Shown here: piece after piece, positions 36,743-48,461 of the stretch
Layout of the letters: each line of letters starts with the position of its first letter
Position numbering within the stretch: the first letter of the stretch is position 1
Source: Chloropicon primus
Taxonomy: Eukaryota
Reading direction: 5' to 3'
Assembly (NCBI GenBank): GCA_023205875.1
Contig: CP060759.1
Location: 434,001 to 498,000, forward strand
DNA: 64,000 nt
Notes under the pieces: model-generated
The model's input: the letters and a program-made list of their open reading frames with translations, nothing else
Database searches by the model: none
What the model was told of the DNA's origin: nothing
Made by a program: the position numbers and the translations under genes

Positions 36743-37901
36743 ATGGTTGAGTTGCTGCCCACGTTGGAGGTGTGCGATGCGCCCAAGGGGGAATCCGTCC
36801 CGGTTGCATTCATGCTGGCGGGTTTCCCGGACGACCACTCGTGCTACGCAAAGTTGGCGGAGGGTATGAAGAAGACGCACAGGGTTGTCATCGCCTGCCT
36901 GCCCTTGTACGATCAGGAGAGCGTCAAGGAGGGCCAGCCCGACTTTTACAGCTGGGAGGAGATCCTCTTCAGGCTCGAGGCCACGGTTTTCGGGTGCACA
37001 GCGGAGGGGGAGAAGATCACGCTCATCATTCACGACTTTGGTTGCCCCTTCGGGTACCACTTTGCGAATCTGCACCCGGACAAGGTGGAGAAGCTCGTCG
37101 GTTTGGACATCGGGTGCACGAACAGGCTGGTCCTGGCGGGCGAGGGCTCCAGGCACAGGTACAGGCACGTGAAATTTCCTGCGATGTCTCCGCCCGAGCC
37201 CCCTGAGAAGTGGAACAAGCTCAACCAGGCCTTCTACCAGCTCTACTTTTGCATGGCGTTCCTCGTGGGCCAGAAAGTGAACTACAAGGCCGGGGACGTT
37301 CTGCTCCACGCCTTCTTCAAGTGGGCGGCGTGGGTTGGATTCATACAGAGCAAAGACCAGCCCGAGAGCAAACACGCGAGGGCGCTGCAGGACGTGCACT
37401 GCTGGATGTGCTATCCATACTGGGCGTGCTGGAGCAGAATTCTGTTCCAGAAGAAATCTCACATGTTCACCCACACTTACGAGTCCCAGTACACGAACCC
37501 AAAAGGTAAGTCGCCAGCCTCCCCGGCCCCGATGCATCGTTCGGTTGTCTCGCTCTCGCGCGCAACAAGGAGCTGACGGCGCGAGCATTTCTCTCCCTCT
37601 CTCTCTCTCTCTGCCCTGCCAAAAACCAGTCGTGGGCCACACGGGCCTCATCCCACTCTCTCTGCCAATGCCCCCGTGCGAGACTTTGTTCCTGTATGGC
37701 ACGAGGAAGCGAGTTCACTTTCACTCGAAGACTTTCTTGAAGTACCTGAAAGACACGCCAGGGTGCGCTGGCATGGGAGTCGATGGCGGCCACTGGTTCT
37801 TCCTGGACAAGCCAGACTTCGTCTTGAAGATCGTAAAAGACTTTCTCAATGGCGTCGTCTACAATTGGTCTGACCCCGTCACCACCACCCCCAAGCTCTG
37901 A
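36743..37901 (+). CDS. Alpha/beta hydrolase, epoxide-hydrolase-like, 2 exons
   Basis: AGFPD oxyanion loop, HDFG Asp nucleophile, GGHWFF catalytic His; intron 37506-37629. Confidence 0.8.
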
Positions 37902-38019
37902 TTCATTCACACACACACACACAACGCCTTTTTGTAATCGTACAACACACTCCCACTCCCCTTGGTGACTCACTCTCTGACACCAACCTCCAAACCACAA
38001 AAGAGGACGAGGCGAGGCG

Positions 38020-39049
38020 ATGGGGGGAAGGAGGAAGGCCTACCACGCGGGAAGCTGGTACTCGGACGAGGCGGAGGTCCTGCAGCAGCAGCTCACCCGA
38101 TACTTGCACGAAGCGAGGCCTGGAACCCTCGCCAAAGTCGCTCCAGACTCCAAGGTGCGTCGAGACTCAAAGCAGGAGTCCCACCTCAACATCAGCAGCA
38201 GCAGCGTCTCAATCATCATCATCATCATCATCATCGTCACAGGGATGTGTCCCGTTTCTGACTCGATTATTTTCGTTTCGATAGCTGAAGGGGATCATTG
38301 GGCCTCATGCGGGTTACTCGTACAGCGGCAAGACGGCGGCGTACGGCTACGTCGACATCGACCCAAGTGAGGTGACGAAGATATTCCTTCTGGGTCCATC
38401 CCACCACGTGTACCTTCGAGGTTGCGCCCTGACAGGAGCGGACACGTACGAGACGCCGGTCGGGGACATCAAGGTGGACGTGGAGACGTGCGATGCGCTG
38501 ATGAGGACGGGAAAGTTCGAGAGGATGAGCCTCAGCGTGGACGAGGAGGAGCACTCCCTCGAGATGCACTTGCCATACATAGCTCACGTGATGAAGGGAC
38601 GGGACTTTTCTCTGGTTCCCATAATGGTCGGTGCCATAGACTCAGAGTCCGAGAAGGTGTACGGGGAGCTGCTGAGCGAGTATTTCGACAAGCCAGGGCA
38701 CCTCTTCATCGTAAGCAGCGACTTTTGCCACTGGGGGAGGAGGTTCCGGTTCACGTACTTCGATAACAAGGACGGAGAAATCTGGCAGTCCATAGAGAAG
38801 CTGGACAAGGCGGGCATGAGCTTGATCGAGAAGAAGAGCCCTGCCGAATTCAGGGACTACTTGAACCAGTACGAGAACACCATCTGCGGCCGGCACCCCA
38901 TATCCGTGTTTTTGCAGACAGTCAAGTACTCCACGTCTTGCAAGAACAATGAGATCAAGTTCGTGCACTACGCGCAGTCGTCCAAGTGCATGATGATGTC
39001 GGACAGCAGCGTGAGCTACGCCTCGGCGATTTGCTATGGCACGGGCTGA
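38020..39049 (+). CDS. MEMO1: Protein MEMO1, 2 exons
   Basis: HAGSWY, GPHAGYSYSG, LGPSHH, EEHSLEMHLPY, SSDFCHWG, NTICGRHPI, DSSVSYAS; intron 38155-38284. Confidence 0.95.
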
Positions 39050-39163
39050 ACTGAGGGCGACTGGGGTGAGGGGGGCCAATCACGCACGACTGGGTTCATT
39101 CACTCATTCATTCTATTGATAAAAAAGGGGGAGTAACAGAATGTGATGTCTTCTTCATTCATT

Positions 39164-40921
39164 TTAGGCATTGACGCTCACGTTCTCGACGGCCTTCTGG
39201 AGAACTCTCATCCTCTCCTCAAAGGAGACCAGGGCCCCCGAGTTGATGCACGACTCTGCCTTCTTCACCAGGTAAACTTGGTCCCCCACGTCTGGGCCTT
39301 GCATGGCTCCCGTCATGCAAATCCTGACCGGCAAAAACAGGTTCTTCCCCTTCTTGTCAAGGTCCTTGCCCACCTTCTTGATGAAGCCCTTGAAGCTCTC
39401 GGGCTCGGTCTCCACGAGCTCCTTCAGCTCTCCCGAGACAAAGTAGCTGTCCACGATGTACTTGGCCACGTCATAGAAGCCGCCCTCGATGCACTTCTTG
39501 GCCTTCCCGTCCGCCAAAGTGGCCTCGAGCGGAAAACCCAAAAGGGTCTCAAACTCCTCTACGCTCTGGTTCAGGGTGACGAGGGCCTCCTGGAATATCT
39601 CCACCGTCTTCGCCATGATCACCCGGGCCTCCTCGGTGTCCGGACCCGCCAGAACGCCCTTCTCCACCCACAGGTCCGTCAGCCTCCTCTCGAGGTCACT
39701 CGCGTCGAGCTGCCTGATGTACTGAGAGTTCATCCAGTTCAGCTTCTGCTTGTCGAAGACGGCGGCGCTCTTCGTGATCCTCCCTAGGGAGAACTTCTCG
39801 ATCAGCTCGTCCTTGGTGAACATCTCTTGCTCCGTTCCGTCGTTCCACCCCAAAAGGGCGAGGTAATTCATGAGAGCCTCGGAGAGGTACCCCTCCTCCT
39901 TGAATTCCCCGACCGAGGTCGCGCCGTGCCTCTTGCTGAGCTTGCTCCTGTCGGGCGCGAGAATCAACGAGCAGTGGGCGAACTTGGGAGGCTTGAGCCC
40001 TAGCGCGTTGTAGATGAGGACCTGCCTCAGGGTGTTGGGCAGGTGCTCCTCCGCCCTCACCACCTCGGTGATGTCCATATCCGCGTCGTCCACCGCCACG
40101 CAAAAGTTGTACACCGGGGACCCGTCCGACCTCATGATGATGAAGTCCCCGAGCGTGTTGGTGTTCCAAGTGACCTCGCCCCGGATGGCGTCCTGGATCG
40201 TCACGAGCTCGTCCTGGGGAACCCTGAAGCGCACCGCGTACGTCTCCCCCTTGGCCAGCATCTCGTCCACCTCCTCCCTGGAGGCGCTGGCCCACTTTCC
40301 AGAGTAAATCGGAGGCTTCCCCTCCTCCGCGGCCTTCTCCTTCATCGCCGTGATCTCCTCGTCGGTGCAGAAGCACTTGTACGCCAGCCCCCCATCCAGG
40401 AGCTCCTGGGCGCGCTGCCTGTACAGGTCGCCCCTCTCGCTCTGCCTCAGCGGACCCTCGTCCCAGTCCAGGCCCAGCCACTTCAGGTCCCTCAGCACGG
40501 CCTCCTCGCTCTCCTTGGTGCTCCTCGCCTTGTCCGTGTCCTCCACGCGCAGGACGAAGGCGGAGCCCCCCGCCGCTTGCCTCTTCTGCTGGGCGTACAA
40601 GTAGTTGTACAGCGCCGTCCTCGCTCCACCGACGTGCAAGTTCCCCGTCGGTGAGGGAGCGAACCTCACGCGAACTTGCTCGCCGTCCGCGCTCGACGAG
40701 TAGCACCTCACGCCCCGCCGTCCCACCGCCGCGCTCCTCCCCGCGGCCTCTGCCAGGCTCCCCGCGGGAGGAACCACGCCGTGGCCCCTTCCTCCCGTGC
40801 GGAGGCCAGACAACTCGCACCCGAACAGACTGCGAATCCTCGCGCCAGAATCCCGGCCCAGAGCCCTAAGCGTCCTCCCCCTCGACGCCGGAGCCTTTAT
40901 CCCCGTCATGCAAACCCTCAT
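39164..40921 (-). CDS. gltX: Organellar glutamyl-tRNA synthetase
   Basis: VRVRFAPSPTGNLHVGG, RVEDTD, RAEEHLPNT, KLSKR. Confidence 0.95.
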   Translation of the reverse strand: MRVCMTGIKAPASRGRTLRALGRDSGARIRSLFGCELSGLRTGGRGHGVVPPAGSLAEAAGRSAAVGRRGVRCYSSSADGEQVRVRFAPSPTGNLHVGGARTALYNYLYAQQKRQAAGGSAFVLRVEDTDKARSTKESEEAVLRDLKWLGLDWDEGPLRQSERGDLYRQRAQELLDGGLAYKCFCTDEEITAMKEKAAEEGKPPIYSGKWASASREEVDEMLAKGETYAVRFRVPQDELVTIQDAIRGEVTWNTNTLGDFIIMRSDGSPVYNFCVAVDDADMDITEVVRAEEHLPNTLRQVLIYNALGLKPPKFAHCSLILAPDRSKLSKRHGATSVGEFKEEGYLSEALMNYLALLGWNDGTEQEMFTKDELIEKFSLGRITKSAAVFDKQKLNWMNSQYIRQLDASDLERRLTDLWVEKGVLAGPDTEEARVIMAKTVEIFQEALVTLNQSVEEFETLLGFPLEATLADGKAKKCIEGGFYDVAKYIVDSYFVSGELKELVETEPESFKGFIKKVGKDLDKKGKNLFLPVRICMTGAMQGPDVGDQVYLVKKAESCINSGALVSFEERMRVLQKAVENVSVNA

Positions 40922-41994
40922 GACGCGCGACGACGCCAACCCCAACCTCCCTCTCGCCCCTCTCCGATCCTATGCACTCCGCCGGAAGCTCCCCTCAAGT
41001 GAGACGGAGCTTCGACTGAGCCGCCCTTTGAGGCCGTGCCCTTCCCCTTCCGTCGTCACGACGACGCGTTCCAGCTTCCGAGTCTGTGCCACACCACGAA
41101 GAAAACATCAAAACGTTTCAGCTTCCAAAAGTCTCAAAACGACGTCATTCCCTTCAAGAAGCGGCTCCTTCGAAAGATCACGGAACGAAGCTTCGAGATC
41201 TAACCCTCGATCTCGCCCCTTCTCTCGCCCTCGCCGCTCCCCTCGTCCCACAAAACTCACCTCCCCTGACCCTCCTCCCGCGGCACCAATCCCCTCGTCA
41301 CTCGCTCAATCCTCCGCCGTTCCTTACAAGTTCGGGATCAAACGAAAGAGGAAGACCTCCTCTATCGATATCTGACCAAGAACCTCCGCCTAAAACCCCT
41401 CCGTCTCCGTCCTCTCGGCCTCTCTGCGCGCCACTCGGTGGCTCCCCTTCTCTTGTCAGCTCTTCCCTCACTCGTCGAAGAGAGAGAGAGCCTTTTTGGA
41501 TAAGGTTTTGGATCAGCCGTCGACTTCAGGTGGAAGAGGTGAGTTTTCGAGGGCAAGGACGGAGCGCAAGAGCTTGATTTGGGTGAGAGAGGCCGCGTCA
41601 CGGGAAGCTTCTTCTCTTTATCTTTCCGTAGACCCCTCGGTCGAGCGTTACGACTCCCGGACGAAGATGTTGTGCGACGAGGTTGTGTGATTCTGGCTGC
41701 CTCGTCGACGGAGGGAGCCAGGGTTCGAGGGGTGTGGACCACGGGAACGTGTCGCCAAGGGTGGAGACCGTCGTTCGATGTCGCACTCGTCTCTTGTGCT
41801 TTCGAAGGGGCACGCACTCGAAGGGGTGACGGCCTGGTGAGTCCGCTTGGGACGAGACTGAAACGAATTCCGTTTGTTTGTGTGTTTGGTTTGCTGCTGC
41901 AGACTTTTGGCAACGACGAGGACGAGGACGAGGACGACGGAGAGAAGGAGGGAGGGAGAGGCAGGGAGGGAGAGGTGATCGTGTGATTGTCGTG

Positions 41995-43398
41995 ATGAGC
42001 GGAGAGGGTGTCGTGATGCGCAGGGTGGGGAGCTTCGGAGGGAGGAGGAACTTGGGAAGGGTGAGGGCGACGACGAGGATGGGGGCGGGGTTTCCTGGGA
42101 TGGATGGGGGCGGGGACCGAAGGAAGCTGATCATACCGTCCCAGGGCGTTGGCATGGACAGGCCAAGCAAGGGCGCGGGGCCGGGAATCGTGGGGTTCGT
42201 CCAGGAGGGGGAGGGGGCCGAGAGCCGGAACAAGTTCCAGCTGCCCAAGAACTTCATGGACAGGGCGCCCGGGCAGGAGCAGGAGCAGGAGGGCGACGAC
42301 CTCACAATCGACGACATGCTGACGATCTTGACGGAGAGGACGGACGTGTGGCACTCTCTCGCGATTTACGTCACCAGGCTCAAGACGGAGGGCATCGGGA
42401 GCGAGATCATTGACGACGTCGCTGGCATCAACGCTCTGGAGCAGAACCTCTGGGTCGTCGGCAGCAACGTGTACAAGACCCTCGAGGACAGGAAGGTCAG
42501 CGAGGACCTCCTGTCGTACTACTCCCAGTTCGGCGCGGAGAAACTCCTTTACCCGCTGCGCGTGATGACGGCGGAGGACAGGCAGACCTGCGCCGAGTAC
42601 ATCTCCGCGGAGGGCCTGGACGAGAAGCAGTGCGAGACCCTGGTGAGGGCTATGAGGGAGCACGCCAGGAGGACCTACGACAGCGACAGGCTGATGTTCG
42701 ACTACAACCCCGGGGACTGCTTGGCGTACAAGTACTACAGGGACGCCCTGGAGGAGACGAGGAACCCGGAGAGGAAGCGCCAGATCGTCGAGCAGGGCCT
42801 GCAGAGGGCAACGAGCGAGCGGGGTCGGGAGGCCCTCGAGGAGCTCCTCGTGGAGAAGGAGGACGACGAGTCGAAGGGAAGGATTCCCGTCGTGGAGCTT
42901 GACGACGAGGAGTTCGACACTTGCCTGCTCTCGATCGCCGGCGAGCTGCAAGGGATCGGCGTGGCGGACCTCAAGGCGGCGTCCGCCACCAACAGGAAGG
43001 GCCCGTTCGGAATCGTCACGGTCGGGAAGTCGGACGAGGAGTGGATAAGTCTCCCCATGTTCCAGCCCTTTGTTGCGGGCTTTGACATGATCGCCATAAC
43101 GGTGGACAACATGATGGACCTCGAGAGCTACGGCGCGAAGACGGGTGGCCCCGGAGTGCTGGTTGTGGACAGGAGGGTAGACCGGGCAAATATTGACACG
43201 GAGGGCCTGTATGCGATTACTTTTGACGACAATGAGATCAGCTTCGTGTCGGGCACCGAACTCCTCAGCCAGGTAGACATCGTAGGCGAGGACAAGCTGA
43301 AGGTTTTGGCCAAGGCGCTTATGGCGGTGAAGCCTCCGGGCAAACAATCGGAGTGGGGGGACGCGACCGCTGTGATCAACCAGTCCCCGGAGCTTTGA
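41995..43398 (+). CDS. RAF1: Rubisco accumulation factor 1, plastid
   Basis: GINALEQNLWVVGSNVYKTL, LLYPLR, PGDCLAYKYYR, IPVVEL, LVVDR, MAVKPP; start approximate. Confidence 0.85.
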   Translation: MSGEGVVMRRVGSFGGRRNLGRVRATTRMGAGFPGMDGGGDRRKLIIPSQGVGMDRPSKGAGPGIVGFVQEGEGAESRNKFQLPKNFMDRAPGQEQEQEGDDLTIDDMLTILTERTDVWHSLAIYVTRLKTEGIGSEIIDDVAGINALEQNLWVVGSNVYKTLEDRKVSEDLLSYYSQFGAEKLLYPLRVMTAEDRQTCAEYISAEGLDEKQCETLVRAMREHARRTYDSDRLMFDYNPGDCLAYKYYRDALEETRNPERKRQIVEQGLQRATSERGREALEELLVEKEDDESKGRIPVVELDDEEFDTCLLSIAGELQGIGVADLKAASATNRKGPFGIVTVGKSDEEWISLPMFQPFVAGFDMIAITVDNMMDLESYGAKTGGPGVLVVDRRVDRANIDTEGLYAITFDDNEISFVSGTELLSQVDIVGEDKLKVLAKALMAVKPPGKQSEWGDATAVINQSPEL

Positions 43399-43558
43399 GC
43401 GAGCGACCCGGGAGCTTTTGCACCGAGGCCCGGCAAAGCTGCAAAATAGAACAAGAAGAAAACGCGCGCGCGCGCGCGGGTTGTAGTTCCGTTCTGCTTT
43501 TGTAATCAATTTCTTTCGTTAAGTGATCCGCGTGCATTACGAGAAAAACGGCTTGCGT

Positions 43559-44536
43559 TTAGGCACAGTTCAGCATCAGCCAATTCACGGCGTCCTCCAA
43601 AACAAAATTCGTCTCCTTCAAGGCGTCCATCGCGTACTTCTTCGTGAAACCCATGGCTAAAATTTGCTGGAGAACTTCGGGGTCCGCGCTCTCCCCCGGA
43701 TGCACGCTCTTGTCGTGCCTCTTGGTCTTTCCTCCTGCCTTCTTGCTCATCTTGTTTTCACCCCGCGAGACCCCAACTTCGATGGACTTGCGACCCTTGC
43801 CCTTTCCTTTGCCGCCTCTGCTGACCGGAGTCGTGTTCTCCTTCCCCTCCCCCTTGATCCGCGTCGGCGCAGCGGCCCCGTCGCTCTTGCCGCCGACACC
43901 CTCACCCTTCAGCCCAGAACTCACGCCGTCCCCCGCTTCCCCCGTGACCTCTTTGCCCTTGTTCTTCTCCCAGACCCCGTGCAGGGCCTTGAGGTTCACC
44001 CGAAGCTTCTTCAGCACCCCCACCAGCGCCTTCTTGTCGAGGGACTTGGTCTCGATGGGATCCTCCAACGAAAGGTGCTCCTCAATCAGAGACTTGTCCT
44101 TCTCAAGCTTGAACTGATCGAGAGCATCCTTGTACGACTGCCTCACCTCCTCCGACAGGCCGTACTTTGCCTTGGCCTCCGCTTGCCACTTGGCACGGAG
44201 AGTTTTAGTCGGGTTGGGACCGGAGTTGATCAACAGGCCGCCCTTCCTCTCTCCATCCTTCTTGTCGTTATCCTCCCGGATCTTATCCAGGTCAACGCAC
44301 AGACCGGTATAAGCCGCCAGACTCTGTTGCCCGATCAACCGCTGCGTTTGGCCGTTCAGCTGCTGGATCAGTTTCCCCGAAAGGTAACCGGATTCCAGGA
44401 TCTGCACCCACCGTCCCACGCCGTAATACATGAGACAATACTTTAGGATGACAACCTCCTCTTTGGTGAAGCCAGGAGACGGTGCGAAGTTCCACAACGA
44501 AACCGCATCGCCGATCTTTGGTCCGCGCTTGCTCAT
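43559..44536 (-). CDS. Homologue of p1 (AMTP1), the HTH subunit of the MTA1c/AMT1 DNA N6-adenine methyltransferase complex, with a C-terminal UBA domain
   Basis: SLWNFAPSPGFTKEEVVILKYCLMYYGVGRWVQILESGYLSGKLIQQLNGQTQRLIGQQSL..GL.VDL..RK..INSGPNPTK..YGLS follows the recalled Tetrahymena p1 N-terminus; C-terminal LQQILAMGF..KYAMDALKETN..LEDAVNWL is a UBA signature. Confidence 0.82.
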   Translation of the reverse strand: MSKRGPKIGDAVSLWNFAPSPGFTKEEVVILKYCLMYYGVGRWVQILESGYLSGKLIQQLNGQTQRLIGQQSLAAYTGLCVDLDKIREDNDKKDGERKGGLLINSGPNPTKTLRAKWQAEAKAKYGLSEEVRQSYKDALDQFKLEKDKSLIEEHLSLEDPIETKSLDKKALVGVLKKLRVNLKALHGVWEKNKGKEVTGEAGDGVSSGLKGEGVGGKSDGAAAPTRIKGEGKENTTPVSRGGKGKGKGRKSIEVGVSRGENKMSKKAGGKTKRHDKSVHPGESADPEVLQQILAMGFTKKYAMDALKETNFVLEDAVNWLMLNCA

Positions 44537-44876
44537 GTCTCAAGGTCAAGCACTCTTCTACTCCTCGCCCCTCCGCGCCAGGCGCTTCGCTTCGTTTCGT
44601 TTCGTTTTGGGTTTTTTTTTCGCTTGGCGGGAAATCCTTCCAAAAAAAAGTCTGCAGGAGTTAGTGGAGTGGAGTGGATGCGGCATCGGGAAACAGGACG
44701 AGGGGTGGATGGGGCAATGGGAAGCAGGTTCCAGCTTCAGCTTAACCTTCAAAGCAAATCGTGATGTCCCTGACTGGGCCTCTGCCTGAGCGAAGGGCTT
44801 CAAAAAGACCAGATTGGTGGTCGCGTGGGTGGAAAGAAACATGCTAGTGGTACAATACATAGTTGGGTGGTTGAGG

Positions 44877-47046
44877 TCACGACAGGAGGCCCTTGAAGAT
44901 GGAGTCGAGCTTGTCAGACGATGTGGCATTAGGATCCAGGGAAGCGGTGGTGGACTTCTTTTCCGAGGCCCTCGACGATGAGGACGACGTCGTCGTTCCC
45001 CTCTTGGCCATCCTTTCCTGCGCCTGCTTCCACCTCGCATCCGTGTCGAGCTCCCTGTCGTCGTCGTAGCTCCGTGGCCGCCCGTGGCCGCCCTTCGTGG
45101 TGTCCCCCTTGCCGCTGTGGTGAGACCCTGCGCCCACAGAGCCAAAGTCCAGGAGGTGTGTGTCGTTGCCGTACACGACGCCCTGACCCCGGGTCAAGAA
45201 ATCACTCTCGTCGTTGTCGTTGTCGTCGTCGTCGTCCTCAAAGTTCAAGCTCGAGGAGAACGTGACCCACCTGAAGGCCTTGATCACCGTGCCCCACAAG
45301 TTGAAGGCCACCGCGAAGTAGAAGAAGCAGCCCATGATCGGGTAGTACACGTTGAAGTCCCGGCCGAAGAAGGGGACCTGGCCCATCGGGGCCAAGGCCG
45401 AGTCCGTCAGCGCCGTGTGCTTCAGCTTGGTCAGGGTGATGAAGTTGTAACAGAGCGGCGCCGTGAAGCGAGCCAGCATGGAAGCATTCAGAAGCAAGCT
45501 GTAGCTGTCCGTGTACTCTGGCACCAGATAGTAGTAACTGAAGATCTTCATCTTGAACAGCGAGTGGTAGGTGCAAGAGCAGAAGTACAGCAAGAAGACG
45601 AGGACCGAAACGTAGGTCCCCACGATGTTCTCGTTGCACACCCTGACCAGCAAGGACACCATCGAGAGGTCGTCCGCGTAAGGGAACCGCAAGGACAGGG
45701 TCCCTTCCGCCAAGATGATGCACCAGGACATGAGCGAGCACAAGATCGCGAGGGCTTTCAGGCCCATCTCCCTGGCTAGAAGCTGCGAGTGGGCACCGCT
45801 CTGTTGAAGTTGAGACAACCTCTCCCGCGTCATTTGAACGGACGTCACGAGCTTGGTGTACTGGTACTTGCTCCTGTGGTACACGATCACCGCCCGCTGG
45901 CACCTCTTGCGAAGAGACACCATCCCCTCGTGGTCCAACTCGTAATCAAGGTCGAGGTCCCCTATCTCCACGTCCTGGACGGCGGACAGAGGTATGACGC
46001 TCGTGATCTCCTCATTGATTTGGTCCACGTACTTCCTCAAGGAATCCCTCTTGGAGATCAGCTTGGACATGTTCATCGCCAAGGCCGCGGCTATCTTGAG
46101 CTCGCTCACGGCCTCCTCGACCTTCTTGTGCAACTTGCCGACCTTCCTCGTGGCGTACAAGGACCAGCTATCGAGGTCGCTGAAGCGCCAGATGCTTCGA
46201 GGAACGTCCACGAGGCCGTAAGCCAGGAGCAAGACCACGACGAGCAAGCCAAAGACGTTACCCGCAGCACTGATGACACCGGGAATGCCTTCCCAAGTCA
46301 GCTTCCCGGAGAAAATGAGGAGCAGTATCCCCAGCACCGTCACGACGGTCGACAACACGTAGACCAAGACGTTCTCCTTGATGCTCGCCGTCATTCTAGC
46401 CGTCACCGTGAAGTCAGCCGAGCTCACAAAGGACGCGATGATTGGGTTGAACACCCAAGTGAAGAGGAAGCACATCCTGAGCACAAGCAAGAGGAGCAAG
46501 GAACGCAAACAGAGTGATAGAGAGTAAGCAGCTGGGTGACAAGACTTTTGGAGTCCACAACAGCAACAGTGGACAAACCGACAGAGAGCCGCCTATCCTC
46601 AGACCCCTTCACTCACCAGTACGTGATGTTCCAAAGCAGCGACAGGGCGATGTGCTGCTGCTTCGGCTGCACCTCCCTGGCGCTCACTTGAACGTCCGTT
46701 GGCACGATAAGCACCATTCCCACACAAAATAGCCATGACGTCGCGACGATGATCTTCACGAACAAGGCACAGGTTGGTGCTGCATAGAAACGTATGCTGG
46801 GGAACCCAAGCAAGCAAAAGGAGGCAAACAAGGTTGGGACACAGCAACCAAGCAAGCAAAAGGTGTCAGCGAGAGGGGGTATAACCTTTGGGGAGGAAGG
46901 GCAAAAGGAAAAGGAAAGTCCAGTGGAAGTGAAGTGGCACTTGTTGAGAGACAGAGACAGAGACACAGAGAGAGAGAGAGAGTCACTTACCCGTATGCCG
47001 AGATGAGGAAAGATATGACAGCGATGGCGATGGTGTAAGCCAGCAT
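44877..47046 (-). CDS. LMBR1-domain membrane protein (LMBRD2-like), 3 exons
   Basis: GNVFGLL..LLAYGLVDVPRSIW, TDSYSLLLNAS..ARFTAPLCYNF, MGQVPFFG..FN.YYP; introns 46797-46990 and 46477-46616. Confidence 0.9.
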
Positions 47047-47617
47047 CTCGGCTTGTCCTCCCTCGATGAATCCACTCGATGGTACAGCAACTCAAAGAGC
47101 TTTTGTCACACGCGCATCCTGCAGCCGTTTGGCCTTCCTCTGTCTCGCCTCTCCCAACGTTTTGCGTTCCCAAAACCTTCTCTTTCCAATGCAAAGAGAA
47201 CGTCTCGCCTTGGATTAAGGAATTGACACTTTCGTACACTCACGGCACGACATTGCGGGTCCCTCTTGGCTCTGATTAAGGAAAAAGGGGGGGGAGGTTT
47301 TGAGATAAACGTTGAGTAACACTTCTTTCTAGCCTCCCCCCCACCTTGGTCTGTACTTAAGGAAATACGACGGGTACCCGTGTACACTCGTTTCCACTTC
47401 CCCCTCCTCTCGACAGGAGAAAGTCAACCCAGAGGATCACGAGCGGAGGAGGCATCATCCTCATCCTCCAGCGGCAGCGGCATTAGCTTCACCGCCACTA
47501 CACGGAGAGGAGGGAGAAGAGAGGCTTGAAGGTTTGGCGCTTGGCCTTGGCCTTGGCCTTTGCATTGCATATTTCATTTCATTTTGGTTTTTTGTGTGTC
47601 ACGGAGGAACGGAAGTC

Positions 47618-48071
47618 ATGGGCAAGAGTCCAGAGAAGCAAGGTGTGGGCCGAGTGGGTTGGCTGGATACACAAAAGTCGAACGTGATTAGGGAAACAAT
47701 AGAGAAGGAAGACAAGTAAGTGCATGACGAGGAGGATGTCCAAGGTTTTTTGCTTTGGGTTCTCTCGCGAGTTTTTCCTTCTTCTGACACGAGGTGGTGT
47801 GCCGTTTTTCAAGAATCCGACACAAGTTTATCAGGGCACACAGCCAACTCAATCCAGAGGACTTCCAAGAGACGGAGTCTGTTGCGACAACGACGTTGTC
47901 TTCGGTGTTCCCTCAGCCTGAGAAGCACTGGAGCACGGAGCTTTCCAAGTACCTCTGGCGTAACTGCAACCCTGGGTACATCCTCAAGACCCAAAATGTG
48001 CCAAGCACCACTAAGGAACACTTTTCTTACGACGAGGAAGAGGTAAGGAGGACGACACAAGCAAGTGACAG

Positions 48072-48138
<67 letters not shown>

Positions 48139-48319
48139 AGTCGTTACGGTTTTGTTCTTGGTGCTGCTGCTGACTCGTCGTTTGACGCTTTCGCAGGTTC
48201 AGTTCTACAAGGAGAACGGCTTGTTAGGGAAGGTGCACAATAGGAGGCGAGACGACTTCACAAAGTACTTGGAGTCTTCCGCAAGATATAAGCTTCTCAT
48301 GAAAAAAGGAGGGCGTTAA
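47618..48319 (+). CDS. Small hypothetical protein (~150 aa), 3 exons; loosely FAM183/axonemal-MIP-like
   Basis: Introns 47716-47813 and 48043-48196 join MGKSPEK..LDTQKSNVIRETIEKEDK|IRHKF..DEEE|VQFY..HNRRRDDFTKYLES in one frame. Confidence 0.7.
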
Positions 48320-48461
48320 TTCTTTTTTATGTTACTGCCATAATAAATTGTTCAAAGCCGACAGTGAATATGATTGCTACCAGGCCCAAAGAAAGGAGTC
48401 GTCCGCCTTGCGTGCCTGTGTGCTGCCCTTTATACAACTGAAGAAAGATTCCATGGCGAGC

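Noticed and set aside
37901..38020. Possible bicistronic hydrolase-MEMO1 transcript (118-bp same-strand gap)
   Set aside because: A TGTAA poly(A) signal lies at ~37933, so separate transcripts are more likely
41362..43509. Long antisense ORFs (715 aa here; also 1044-2477, 9284-10897, 28598-30259, 21849-23072)
   Set aside because: They mirror well-supported genes on the opposite strand. High GC3 codon bias removes antisense stops, and they show no recognisable motifs.
44652..44746. Minus-strand intron-like segment upstream of p1 as an extra coding exon
   Set aside because: The spliced product is not in frame with the p1 ATG; at most a UTR intron
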